Source: Robiginitomaculum sp. (GTDB taxonomy: Bacteria; Pseudomonadota; Alphaproteobacteria; Caulobacterales; Maricaulaceae). From it: a stretch of 64,000 bases of DNA. This document shows positions 16,826 through 25,527 of this stretch, piece after piece (position 1 is the stretch's first letter; every line of letters starts with the position of its first letter). The DNA lies in the NCBI GenBank assembly GCA_021776525.1, contig JAJFFT010000004.1, positions 344,499 to 408,498 on the forward strand. Direction: 5' to 3'. Under the pieces are notes generated by a model. It ran no database searches. It worked only from the letters and a program-made list of their open reading frames with translations, and was not told the origin of the DNA. The translations under genes were made by a program, and so were the position numbers.

Positions 16826-16839
16826 TTGATCTGAATCAA
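16826..16839. promoter_or_regulatory. perfect FNR consensus box TTGATctgaATCAA upstream of the porin gene
   Basis: It matches TTGAT-N4-ATCAA at 10 of 10 positions. A -10-like TAAAAT lies at 16862-16867, which puts the box centre near -41.5 (class II geometry). The porin ATG is at 16903. Confidence 0.7.
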
Positions 16840-16902
16840 ATTTTCGTGAGCCATGGATGGATAAAATGTGCGCAATATCCATTCACACACAGGAATTTAG
16901 TT

Positions 16903-18153
16903 ATGCGCACCCCTCTTAAATCTGGTCTTTTTGCCAGCATTGCATCACTCGCATTGATCGCGGCGGCTTCTCCGTCTCTTGCTGAAGAGGCTAATTCATT
17001 GTCAGAGGCCTTCACCTTGGGCAAGGCTAGCCTGACTTTTCGTTACCGTGCCGAAGATGTTGACCAAACAGGCTTTGCGCAAAATGCGTTTGCGTCGACA
17101 CTGCGTACGCGCTTGAAGCTCTCAACGGCCGTTTTCAAAGGCTTTTCCGGGGTTCTGGAATTTGACAATGTGTCAAATATCGGCGCGACGGCCTTTAATG
17201 ATACGATCAATGGCAAAGCTCGCTTTCCAGTGATTGCCGATCCGGAAATCACCGAAGTTAATCAGGCCTATCTAGCTTATACCGGGTTTGATAAAACCAC
17301 TATGCTGGCTGGCCGCGTAGCACTGAATATGAATAATCAGCGCTTTGTAGGCACTGTGGGCTGGCGCCAGAATGACCAGACCTGGGACATGACAGGCATT
17401 ATCAATTCCTCTATCCCTGACCTGACTTTGACCGCCGGGTATGTGTGGAATGTCAATCGTATTTTTGGTAATGATCACCCGTTTGGTGATCTGGATACCA
17501 ACACCTTAATTCTGGATGCAAAATACACTGGTCTGCCGATTGGCAATGTTACGGCTTATGGTCTGATCATTGATCTGAACGATGCGCCGGTTTACGGCCT
17601 GTCCAGCAAAACCTTCGGGGTACGTTTTGACGGCAAATACAAGGCTGAAGGCAGCAATCTGACATTCTTGTATGAAGCCGAGTTTGCAAACCAGACAGAC
17701 AATGCCAGTAATCCAACCAATTACAGCGCAGATTATATCCATCTTTCCGCCGGCCTTTCCGCCAGTGGTCTAACCGGTAAAATCGGGTTTGAAAAACTGG
17801 GCTCGGATAATGGCGGCACTGTTGCCTTCCAGACACCTTTGGCAACCTTGCACAAGTTTAACGGCTGGGCCGATAAATTTTTGGGTACACCGGCCGGTGG
17901 TTTGGAAGACTTCTATGGCAGCCTGTCCTACAAAGTTCAGGGTGATGGGCCAATGAAGGGCTTGAAGTTCGATGTCATTTATCACGACTTCTCGGCCGCA
18001 ATTGGTGGTTCATACGGCGAAGAAATTGACCTGCAAATTTCTAAAAAAATCAGCAAGCACTATTATGCGGGCCTGAAATTTGCCGATTACAATGCCAAAG
18101 GCTTCGCCACAGACACACAGAAAATCTGGTTTACGGTCGGCGCAAACTTCTAA
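16903..18153 (+). CDS. outer-membrane beta-barrel porin, alginate-export (AlgE)-like family
   Basis: 416 aa from MRTPLK, with a signal peptide ending SLAEE. It has alternating beta-strand patterns, the motif GRVALNMNNQRFVGTVGWRQNDQTWD typical of the AlgE-like family, and a C-terminal aromatic residue (VGANF). Confidence 0.8.
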   Translation: MRTPLKSGLFASIASLALIAAASPSLAEEANSLSEAFTLGKASLTFRYRAEDVDQTGFAQNAFASTLRTRLKLSTAVFKGFSGVLEFDNVSNIGATAFNDTINGKARFPVIADPEITEVNQAYLAYTGFDKTTMLAGRVALNMNNQRFVGTVGWRQNDQTWDMTGIINSSIPDLTLTAGYVWNVNRIFGNDHPFGDLDTNTLILDAKYTGLPIGNVTAYGLIIDLNDAPVYGLSSKTFGVRFDGKYKAEGSNLTFLYEAEFANQTDNASNPTNYSADYIHLSAGLSASGLTGKIGFEKLGSDNGGTVAFQTPLATLHKFNGWADKFLGTPAGGLEDFYGSLSYKVQGDGPMKGLKFDVIYHDFSAAIGGSYGEEIDLQISKKISKHYYAGLKFADYNAKGFATDTQKIWFTVGANF

Positions 18154-18179
18154 ACTAGACGATCTGTAACCAACGTATT

Positions 18180-18207
18180 GGGAGCGCCTTTCGGGCGCTC
18201 CCTTTTT
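18180..18207 (+). terminator. rho-independent terminator after the porin gene
   Basis: A GGGAGCGCC-loop-GGCGCTCCC hairpin is followed by TTTTT. Confidence 0.8.
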
Positions 18208-18218
18208 ATTATGGGTGG

Positions 18219-18641
18219 TCAAAAGGCTTCGCTTATCCTCTCCAGCATTTCGGCCAGCTTGCTCATGTCCTCTGGCGATATTTGGGCATCCAGAACATCG
18301 TTTATGGCGGCAAATGGCTGGGCAATGTTGGCAAAGGCCTGCCTGCCGGCCAGTGTCATGTCCAACTGCCAGGCCCGCCCGTCATCGGGACAGCGCGTGC
18401 GGGTGATATAATCCAGTTTGATCAGGCGTTTGGCCATGGCGGTGACCGCAGATTCGTTAATGCCCAATTGTTTGGCAATGTGTTTTTGGGTGACAGAACC
18501 ATCCGCATTGATGACGGCCATGACCGCGGCTTGTGCCGTTGTTATATTGGCCGCGCCCAGCAAGCTGCGGTCAGCGGCCTTGTTCACCGCATGAGCAGCA
18601 CGTTGCAGTTTGGAATATAGCCTGTGGTGTGATGCGCTCAT
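18219..18641 (-). CDS. MarR family transcriptional regulator
   Basis: 140 aa with a winged HTH (ITTAQAAVMAVINADGSVTQKHIAKQLGINESAVTAMAKRLIKLDYITRTRCPDDGRA). It is divergent from the amidohydrolase gene. The 10-bp palindrome TCACTAGTGA at 18689-18698 lies in the shared spacer. Confidence 0.9.
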   Translation of the reverse strand: MSASHHRLYSKLQRAAHAVNKAADRSLLGAANITTAQAAVMAVINADGSVTQKHIAKQLGINESAVTAMAKRLIKLDYITRTRCPDDGRAWQLDMTLAGRQAFANIAQPFAAINDVLDAQISPEDMSKLAEMLERISEAF

Positions 18642-18714
18642 TGTCGAACCCTAGCAACTTGCCAGATATACATAAACCACCTAATACTTCACTAGTGATG
18701 TAAAGGAGGGTGTT

Positions 18715-19527
18715 ATGGGTGCTGTCGATGTGTGGGCGCAAATTACAACCGAGCGCATGGCCCGAGCGCCATGGATGGAAACCTTGTTGCGCTGGACCAG
18801 ACGGCCCGGCCAGTTTCTGGTGCCGTCCGTGGCTGATACTCTTGCTGCCATGGACGCGGCCGGTGTGGATATTGCGCTTCTTTCGGCCTGGCATGGTCCG
18901 GGTGGATCATTGATCAGCAATGACGAAGTGGCTGAACAAATCGCCGAGGCCCCGGACCGGTTTCGCGGTCTGGTCAGTGTCGATCTTTACAATCCCATGC
19001 AGGCTGTTCGTGATATTCGTCGCCTTGTGGATGGACAAAACTTTGTCGGTGTTCGCGTCGTGCCTTGGTTATGGAATCTGCCACCCAATGACAGGTTATA
19101 CTACCCGATCTATACCGCCTGCATCGATGCGGGCGTGCCGTTTTGCACGCAGATCGGTCACACAGGACCGCTTTGCCGCTCTGAACCCGGCCGCCCTATT
19201 CCCTATCTGGATGATGTTTTGTTGGACTTCCCGGACCTAAAAATTGTTGCCGGGCATGTGGGTTTTCCGTGGATTGATGAACTGGTCTCGCTGGCCCTGA
19301 AATATCAAAACTTTTACGTTGATACGTCGGCCTATGCGTTGCACCGCTTGCCTGCGGATTTTGTCGCCTTCCTGAAAGGGCCGGGGGCCAAGCGGGTCAT
19401 GTTTGGTACCAATTGGCCCATGCTCAGCCCTGCGGCGTGCCTGAAACACCTTGATGCACTAGGGCTGGATGATGACACACGCGAGGCATATTTGTGCGGC
19501 AATGCGCGGCGGGTGTTTGGGTTATAG
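18715..19527 (+). CDS. amidohydrolase-2 family (ACMSD/lactonase-like) metal-dependent hydrolase
   Basis: 270 aa. The motifs FVGVRV...P, IGHTG, VAGHVGFPW and FGTNWP match the TIM-barrel amidohydrolase_2 pattern. A GGAGG Shine-Dalgarno precedes the start. Confidence 0.85.
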   Translation: MGAVDVWAQITTERMARAPWMETLLRWTRRPGQFLVPSVADTLAAMDAAGVDIALLSAWHGPGGSLISNDEVAEQIAEAPDRFRGLVSVDLYNPMQAVRDIRRLVDGQNFVGVRVVPWLWNLPPNDRLYYPIYTACIDAGVPFCTQIGHTGPLCRSEPGRPIPYLDDVLLDFPDLKIVAGHVGFPWIDELVSLALKYQNFYVDTSAYALHRLPADFVAFLKGPGAKRVMFGTNWPMLSPAACLKHLDALGLDDDTREAYLCGNARRVFGL

Positions 19528-19531
19528 GTCG

Positions 19532-19912
19532 TTATAAACCCAGTGCCTTTTGTGTTTCTGGCTCGTATTGAATAATAACGGCCTCATTGCCTTCGGTATC
19601 AGCAAATTGAACCAGCTCGCCGACCGTGGGGATGGAATGGGGTTTGCCCAACAGTGTGCCGCCCGCAGCCTTTATTTTGTCCATACTGGCGCGTAAACCA
19701 TCCACCGCGATCGAGCATTCAAATCCGTGTCGCCCCGGTGTTGATGGTCCGGATCTTTTTTGCAAGGCCCCGTGCACACCGGCTTCGTGGATCATGTAAA
19801 ATTCGGGTGGGCCCCAGGCCTCGAATTGCCAATCAAACACAGTTTCATAAAAGACGCGGGCGCGCTCGACATCATCGGCCTCGATGGCAAAATGGGCCAG
19901 TTTATTGGGCAT
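19532..19912 (-). CDS. VOC (glyoxalase/bleomycin-resistance) family protein
   Basis: 126 aa (LAHFAIEADDVERARVFYETVFDW...GGTLL...ADTEGNEAVI). Confidence 0.85.
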   Translation of the reverse strand: MPNKLAHFAIEADDVERARVFYETVFDWQFEAWGPPEFYMIHEAGVHGALQKRSGPSTPGRHGFECSIAVDGLRASMDKIKAAGGTLLGKPHSIPTVGELVQFADTEGNEAVIIQYEPETQKALGL

Positions 19913-19971
19913 TGTGCGTTACCTTTTTGCAAATGACCGGGGGATAACGGCCCTGGTCATTTAGCATTGTA

Positions 19972-21207
19972 TCAACCACCCAATTGCTTTTTCATCTGCT
20001 TGAGCTGAGGGTAGAGTTGCTTCATTTCCATGCGGGGGTCTTTGGTGTTGTCAATGATCTTGATCACAGCGTTAACCTGTTTCAAGGCATCATCGCGTTT
20101 ACCACCCATAGCATAGGCATTGAACAACAAATAGTGCGAATAAGGTGAGTTGGGATGCTGGTTGACAAATTCTTCGGCAATGGCTGTGCTTAGGCCAATT
20201 TTTTGTGCCTGTAACAATCCTTGCAAGGCCTGGGCAAAGGCGTTGACTTCATAATGCGGCCTTGTGCCATATTTTTTGGTAAGACCATCAAAATGGGCGG
20301 GTATATTGCCGCTATCTATGGCCGCCGTAATGGGCCAGTCTTTGGCAAAATATTGTTCCAGTGCGTCATAAGTACCGATCATGCGGGTTTGCATATGATC
20401 TCTACCGTCCTGATGTGAGCTAACATATTGCATGTTTTTTGGTGCCTTATCTTTCAGTAGGGAATCAACCTGGGAAAATCCTTTGGCCAGTAAGGGCTCA
20501 TCGCCAAGGGTCATGAAATAGGCGCTTTGCATCTCTGGATTGTTTTGCAACATGGCCTCCAGCCGCAGCAAAGAAAACTTGGTATTCACTTCAGCGAAAT
20601 ATGGGCTTTGCGCGAAATATCCGTTAAATAGTTTTGGCTTTTGGCTCATGGCATAGGTGACAAACAGGCCACCAAAGGAATGGCCGGAGATCAGGCGAAA
20701 ATCCGTGGTGCGATAGGATCGCTCTACCAGTGGAATCATTTCGGTATCTATGGCTTTCAAAAAGCGGCTTGCTTCACCAGATATTCCAGATTTGAGCGCC
20801 TCTGGGTCGGTGAGTTTAGGCAGATAATCTACCTCTCTAGACCCGTCGGCATGGATGCCAACAACGATCATTGCCGGCATTTGCCCCCCCTCACTTAAGT
20901 AATCGACTATGACGCCGGTAAAAGCGATATTGGTTTCGCTATCGAGGATATAGAGCACCGGATATTTGGTGTCCGGGTGTTTTTCATAGTCTTTGGGCAG
21001 ATGGACGCTGACATGACGATCAGCCTTCAGTAGACCAGATGCATATGTATGTAGAATGGTGCGAGAATGCTTGCCGACCTCTGTCTTCTGGCTTTCTGCT
21101 GTGGCGGATTGGGCATGTCCCCCCCCTAAGAGAGCGGGTATGATTGCCGCCAGGAACAGCAATAATATGTGCTCTGGCCTTAGCCTTTTTTTATTGAAAT
21201 TAAACAT
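19972..21207 (-). CDS. secreted alpha/beta-hydrolase (putative esterase family) with a C-terminal helical repeat region
   Basis: 411 aa with a signal peptide (ILLLFLAAIIPALLGGGHAQSA). It has the esterase-family pattern YPVLYILD...GHSFGG (nucleophile elbow GxSxG) and a TPR-like tail. Confidence 0.8.
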   Translation of the reverse strand: MFNFNKKRLRPEHILLLFLAAIIPALLGGGHAQSATAESQKTEVGKHSRTILHTYASGLLKADRHVSVHLPKDYEKHPDTKYPVLYILDSETNIAFTGVIVDYLSEGGQMPAMIVVGIHADGSREVDYLPKLTDPEALKSGISGEASRFLKAIDTEMIPLVERSYRTTDFRLISGHSFGGLFVTYAMSQKPKLFNGYFAQSPYFAEVNTKFSLLRLEAMLQNNPEMQSAYFMTLGDEPLLAKGFSQVDSLLKDKAPKNMQYVSSHQDGRDHMQTRMIGTYDALEQYFAKDWPITAAIDSGNIPAHFDGLTKKYGTRPHYEVNAFAQALQGLLQAQKIGLSTAIAEEFVNQHPNSPYSHYLLFNAYAMGGKRDDALKQVNAVIKIIDNTKDPRMEMKQLYPQLKQMKKQLGG

Positions 21208-21295
21208 GATTTTCTCCTTATGTTTGGGTGAGATTGAGGCACAGCTTTCCTGTTATCTGCGCAAGTGCAGGTCATTGAAGGTAAGCTGCGGGCGG

Positions 21296-21772
21296 TTATT
21301 CCTCGTCTGGCGGTGTCATGGTCCAGGCGAGAATATTGAATGGAATAATCATAGCATAGGCGAGGATCATAGAGCCGATAGTGACCAGTAAATGGCGCAT
21401 ATCCTTGCCGCCCAAACCGTCATTTGCAGCCGATGCGGCAATGACAATCAGCACCAGTGCAACAAGGATGGTCAGTCTGTATGCGGTATGAAAAGTGGTG
21501 GCACGCCTGTGCAATTCGTGCTCGTCGGCAACGCCCTTGCTATCCAGAATACGCAGAAATGCTCTGGGCATGAATAACATGGAGGCCAGGCTGGCCATAA
21601 TGAAGGCACCGCGCACACTTATGAAAAACCGCGCCTGACCAATGTCTGACAGACCATCCACATGGTATAACAATGCGCCAACTATCGGCATAATAAGGGC
21701 CAGTGCCCCCAGGGTTCGTGCATAGAGGGGGCTCCAGGGTTTTAAGGTTGATTGGTTATTGGTGGTGGTCAT
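21296..21772 (-). CDS. hypothetical 4-TM membrane protein (paralog B of the XRE-linked pair)
   Basis: 158 aa with four hydrophobic helices. It is clearly similar to the adjacent gene: the N-terminal W..LYAR.L...IMPI.G and the C-terminal MRHLLVTIGSMILAYAMIIPFNILAW match LRHVLETFSMLIVAYAFILPFTFLAW. Confidence 0.7.
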   Translation of the reverse strand: MTTTNNQSTLKPWSPLYARTLGALALIMPIVGALLYHVDGLSDIGQARFFISVRGAFIMASLASMLFMPRAFLRILDSKGVADEHELHRRATTFHTAYRLTILVALVLIVIAASAANDGLGGKDMRHLLVTIGSMILAYAMIIPFNILAWTMTPPDEE

Positions 21773-21816
21773 GACAGTTCTCTTTTGTTTGGTTCAGATT
21801 TAGGCAAAATAGGGCG

Positions 21817-22270
21817 CTATTCGTCGGTCAGGGGATTGATTGACCAGGCGAGGAAGGTGAACGGGAGAATAAAGGCATAGGCCACGATAAGCATGGAAAA
21901 TGTTTCCAGAACATGGCGCAATTCTATGACTGTCATTTCCCACTTGGTGGCGAACATACTGACAATGAACAAACCCCAGGCCAGTACGGCAATCAGGCGA
22001 TATGAATTGCGCACTGCCATATTGTGCCAGTTTTGTTGCATCTCATCTTTTGCGCTTTTTCTTTTGAAAACCAGATCGAGCCTTTCCTTGAGCATCACTG
22101 GCATTAATAGCAAAACCAGAACGCTGGAGGCGTGCAAAATACGGCCAAGTACTGGCATGTCTAAAATATGATAGGTTAGTACGCCGATTATTGGCATGAT
22201 AAAAGCAATGATCGAGAGACTGCGGGCATAACCGGCATTCCATGTTGGCTGAGAGTATTAGAGGCGGCCA
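21817..22270 (-). pseudogene. paralog A of the 4-TM membrane protein, apparently interrupted by a 1-nt frameshift near 22243
   Basis: An ATG at 22270 has a strong GGAGGG Shine-Dalgarno and lies 2 nt after the XRE stop. It encodes MAASNTLSQ, which aligns with the N-terminus of paralog B. Homology then continues as WNAGYARSLSIIAFIMPIIG in the next frame. The span is 454 nt (3n+1). The track ORF 21817-22197 is only the part after the next ATG. Confidence 0.6.
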
Positions 22271-22272
22271 TT

Positions 22273-22524
22273 TTAGCCCTCCTTCTTTTGATTTTTTTGC
22301 TGACGCAATTGCTGTGAAAGTGGCACAAATATGTTTAGGGAAAACACTTCCTCAAGGGGTAAGTCAAAAAATCTGGCCAGTTTCAATGCCAGTTCCAGCG
22401 AAGCGTTATAATCGCCTCGTTCCAGATAACCTATGGTTTGAAAATTCACACCTACGGCATCGGCTAGGTCCTGACGGCTGTAATTACGCTCGGTACGCAG
22501 GAGTTTGATTCGATTATATACCAT
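22273..22524 (-). CDS. small XRE-family HTH transcriptional regulator
   Basis: 83 aa from MVYNRIKLLRTERNYSRQDLADAVGVNFQTIGYLERGDYNASLELALKLARFF, a classic Cro/C1 HTH. The upstream alternative starts (22530, 22539) are less likely. Confidence 0.85.
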   Translation of the reverse strand: MVYNRIKLLRTERNYSRQDLADAVGVNFQTIGYLERGDYNASLELALKLARFFDLPLEEVFSLNIFVPLSQQLRQQKNQKKEG

Positions 22525-22537
22525 CAACATAATACCC

Positions 22538-22580
22538 AATTATTAGTATTTTATGTTGTATATGTATAACATAATAATTG
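22538..22580. promoter_or_regulatory. nested inverted repeats in an AT-rich promoter region (candidate XRE operator)
   Basis: CAATTATTA (22538-22546) pairs with TAATAATTG (22572-22580). TTATGTT (22551-22557) pairs with AACATAA (22568-22574). The repeats lie immediately upstream of the XRE gene. Confidence 0.4.
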
Positions 22581-22730
22581 AATGTCAAGATGATTTTGAA
22601 AAGATAACGCCTGTGGCTTCGATACACCTGCGACAAAGACAGGTTTAGTTACGACCACAAGGTAACAAAACCCGTTGCATCCGTGCGCGCACACCCGCAT
22701 GATTAAGGCTTAACAGCGCACGAGAGTTTA

Positions 22731-25514
22731 ATGGCAATTCTTCGACCCCTTACCCCCGACAGCCATTTGGTTCTGGTGGATGGCTCTGGCTATATTTTTC
22801 GGGCCTATCATGCACTGCCGCCGCTGACACGAAAATCCGATGGCATGCCCGTGGGTGCGGTTTCGGGCTATTGCAACATGTTGTGGAAACTGATCGAGGA
22901 TATGCGCGATGAGGAAAAGGCCACCCATTTGGCGGTGATTTTCGACGCACGTGGGCCAACCTTTCGCAATGATATTTATGATCAGTACAAGGCACATCGC
23001 CCCCCTGCGCCCGAAGATCTGGTGCCGCAATTTGCGATGGTGCGCGAGGCCACGCGCGCCTTTGGTCTACCCTCGGTTGAACTGGCGGGGTTTGAGGCCG
23101 ATGACCTGATTGCCACCTACGCCCGTCATGCCGAAGGTCTGGGCGCCAGCACCACGATCATTTCATCAGACAAGGATTTGATGCAATTGGTTGGTGATAA
23201 AATCAGCCTCTATGACACCATGAAATCACGCCGCCTTGGCCCGGTCGAAGTGATGGAGAAATTTGGCGTTGGCCCGGAAAAGGTCATTGAAGTTCAGGCG
23301 TTGGCCGGCGACAGCGCCGATAATGTGCCGGGGGTTCCGGGCATTGGCGTGAAAACAGCGGCGCTTCTGATCAATGAATATGGATCGCTGGATGAACTGC
23401 TGGAGCGTGCCGCCGAGATCAAACAGAATAAACGCCGCGAAAACTTGATCGAGTTTGCCGATCTGGCGCGTGTCAGCCGAGAACTGGTGACCTTGCGCAC
23501 TGATGCGCCCATGCCCGATCCGGCTGAGGAGTTTGGCACGGAAGACCCGGACCCGATGCCGCTACTGTCCTTTTTAGAGGAGATGGAGTTTGCCACCTTC
23601 ACCCGCAAAGTACGCCAGAACTTGTGTACGGATGGCGAGCATTGCGAGAGCGATAATTCCGGCACGCCCAGCGAGATTGACCGCTCAGCCTATGTCTGTG
23701 TGCAGGATCTGGAGACGTTAAAAGACTGGGTGACCCGCGCCCATGATGCCCGCGTGGTGGCGGTGGATACCGAGACCGATGCCCTGTCCGCAACGGCGGC
23801 GGGGCTGGTTGGTGTGTCGTTGGCCATTGCGTCCGGCGAGGCGTGTTATATTCCGCTGGCCCACGGCGCAGCGGGTGATTTGCTCAGCACAATACCCGAT
23901 CAAATCCCAATGGACGCCGCCATCGCGGCGCTTAAGCCTCTGCTCGAAGACCCGGCGGTCCTCAAAATTGGCCAGAACATCAAATATGATCTGGGCGTTT
24001 TGCACCGCTATGGCATTGATATTGCGCCCTTTGATGACACCATGTTGTTGTCTTATGTGGTCGATGGCACGGTGCATGGCCATGGCATGGACGAGTTGTC
24101 CAAACTGCATCTGGGTCATGCCCCGGTTCCGTTCAAAGAGGTCGCCGGGGTCGGCAAGGCGCAGATCAGTTTTGACCAGATTGACCTCAAACCAGCCACC
24201 GAATACGCCGCCGAAGATGCCGATGTCACCTTGCGCCTGTGGCAAATCCTCAAACCCCGCCTGACGGCAACAAAAATGCACACCGTCTACGAGATGCTGG
24301 AACGACCCATGCCGCAGGTGCTGTCCACCATGGAATTGCACGGCGTCAAGGTGGACCGCACGGCGCTTGGCACATTATCGGGCGATTTTGGTCAGCGCAT
24401 GGCAGAGTATGAAGACGAGGCAAAGCGTCTCGCCGGGCATAGCTTCAATCTCTCTTCTCCCAAGCAATTGGGGGAAATTCTGTTTGACGAACAGGGCCTT
24501 CCGGGGGGTAAAAAGACTAAAACCGGGGCTTGGAAAACCGATGCCAAAGTGTTGGACGAACTGGCCGCCGCTGGTCATGAATTGCCACAAGTGCTCTTGA
24601 AATGGCGACAACTCCAAAAGCTGAAATCCACCTATACCGATGCGCTGGCCAAGGCGATAAACCCTAAAACGGGACGCGTGCATACCTCCTTTATGCTGGC
24701 CTCGACCTCGACGGGTCGGCTCTCATCGTCTGACCCCAATTTGATGAATATCCCGATCCGCACCGAAGAGGGGCGCAAAATTCGCTCGGCCTTTATTGCT
24801 GAACCCGGCTATCTGCTGCTCAGCGCCGATTACTCACAAATTGAATTGAGGGTGCTGGCCCATATTGCCAAGGTCGATGCGCTGCAAGAAGCCTTTGCCA
24901 ATGGCGTCGACATTCACGCCCTGACGGCATCCGAAATGTTCGGCGTACCGGTTGAGGGCATGGACCCGATGGTGCGCAGGCAGGCCAAGGCCATCAATTT
25001 TGGTATCATTTACGGCATTTCTGCCTTTGGTCTGGCCAATCAATTGGGTATAGGGCGCGGCGAGGCGGCGGATTATATCAAAGCCTATTTCGAGAAATTC
25101 CCGGGCATTGAACGCTATATGGAGGCCGCCAAGGCCGAGGCCCGCGAGGCCGGATATGTCAAAACCCTGTTTGGTCGTCATTGCACGGTGCCTGGTATCA
25201 ACGACAAAAACCCGGCGCGGCGCGGCTTTTCTGAACGCCAGGCGATCAATGCGCCCATTCAAGGCAGTGCCGCCGACATTATGCGCCGGGCCATGATCCG
25301 TATGCCGGACGCTTTGGCAAAGTCTGGCCTTGATGCGCGCATGCTCTTGCAGGTTCATGATGAACTGGTCTTCGAAGTGCGCGAAGACCAGGCCGACGAT
25401 CTGGCTGCACTGGCTGGCGGTATTATGGAAAATGCCTGCGCCCCAACGCTGGAGCTTTCTGTACCACTGGTGGTGGATTCAGGAGCTGGCCTAAACTGGG
25501 ACGTGGCACATTAG
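22731..25514 (+). CDS. polA: DNA polymerase I
   Basis: 927 aa with a 5'-3' exonuclease domain, a 3'-5' exonuclease domain (VAVDTETD) and a pol domain (motif A LLSADYSQIELRVLAH, motif C LQVHDELVFE). Confidence 0.98.
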   Translation: MAILRPLTPDSHLVLVDGSGYIFRAYHALPPLTRKSDGMPVGAVSGYCNMLWKLIEDMRDEEKATHLAVIFDARGPTFRNDIYDQYKAHRPPAPEDLVPQFAMVREATRAFGLPSVELAGFEADDLIATYARHAEGLGASTTIISSDKDLMQLVGDKISLYDTMKSRRLGPVEVMEKFGVGPEKVIEVQALAGDSADNVPGVPGIGVKTAALLINEYGSLDELLERAAEIKQNKRRENLIEFADLARVSRELVTLRTDAPMPDPAEEFGTEDPDPMPLLSFLEEMEFATFTRKVRQNLCTDGEHCESDNSGTPSEIDRSAYVCVQDLETLKDWVTRAHDARVVAVDTETDALSATAAGLVGVSLAIASGEACYIPLAHGAAGDLLSTIPDQIPMDAAIAALKPLLEDPAVLKIGQNIKYDLGVLHRYGIDIAPFDDTMLLSYVVDGTVHGHGMDELSKLHLGHAPVPFKEVAGVGKAQISFDQIDLKPATEYAAEDADVTLRLWQILKPRLTATKMHTVYEMLERPMPQVLSTMELHGVKVDRTALGTLSGDFGQRMAEYEDEAKRLAGHSFNLSSPKQLGEILFDEQGLPGGKKTKTGAWKTDAKVLDELAAAGHELPQVLLKWRQLQKLKSTYTDALAKAINPKTGRVHTSFMLASTSTGRLSSSDPNLMNIPIRTEEGRKIRSAFIAEPGYLLLSADYSQIELRVLAHIAKVDALQEAFANGVDIHALTASEMFGVPVEGMDPMVRRQAKAINFGIIYGISAFGLANQLGIGRGEAADYIKAYFEKFPGIERYMEAAKAEAREAGYVKTLFGRHCTVPGINDKNPARRGFSERQAINAPIQGSAADIMRRAMIRMPDALAKSGLDARMLLQVHDELVFEVREDQADDLAALAGGIMENACAPTLELSVPLVVDSGAGLNWDVAH

Positions 25515-25527
25515 GGTGAAAATATAC

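Noticed and set aside
19930-19965. Hairpin AAATGACCGG...CCTGGTCATTT between the esterase and VOC genes, as a possible terminator.
   Set aside because: The T-run lies on the wrong side for the minus-strand genes and no U-tract follows on either strand. It may still be a structural element.
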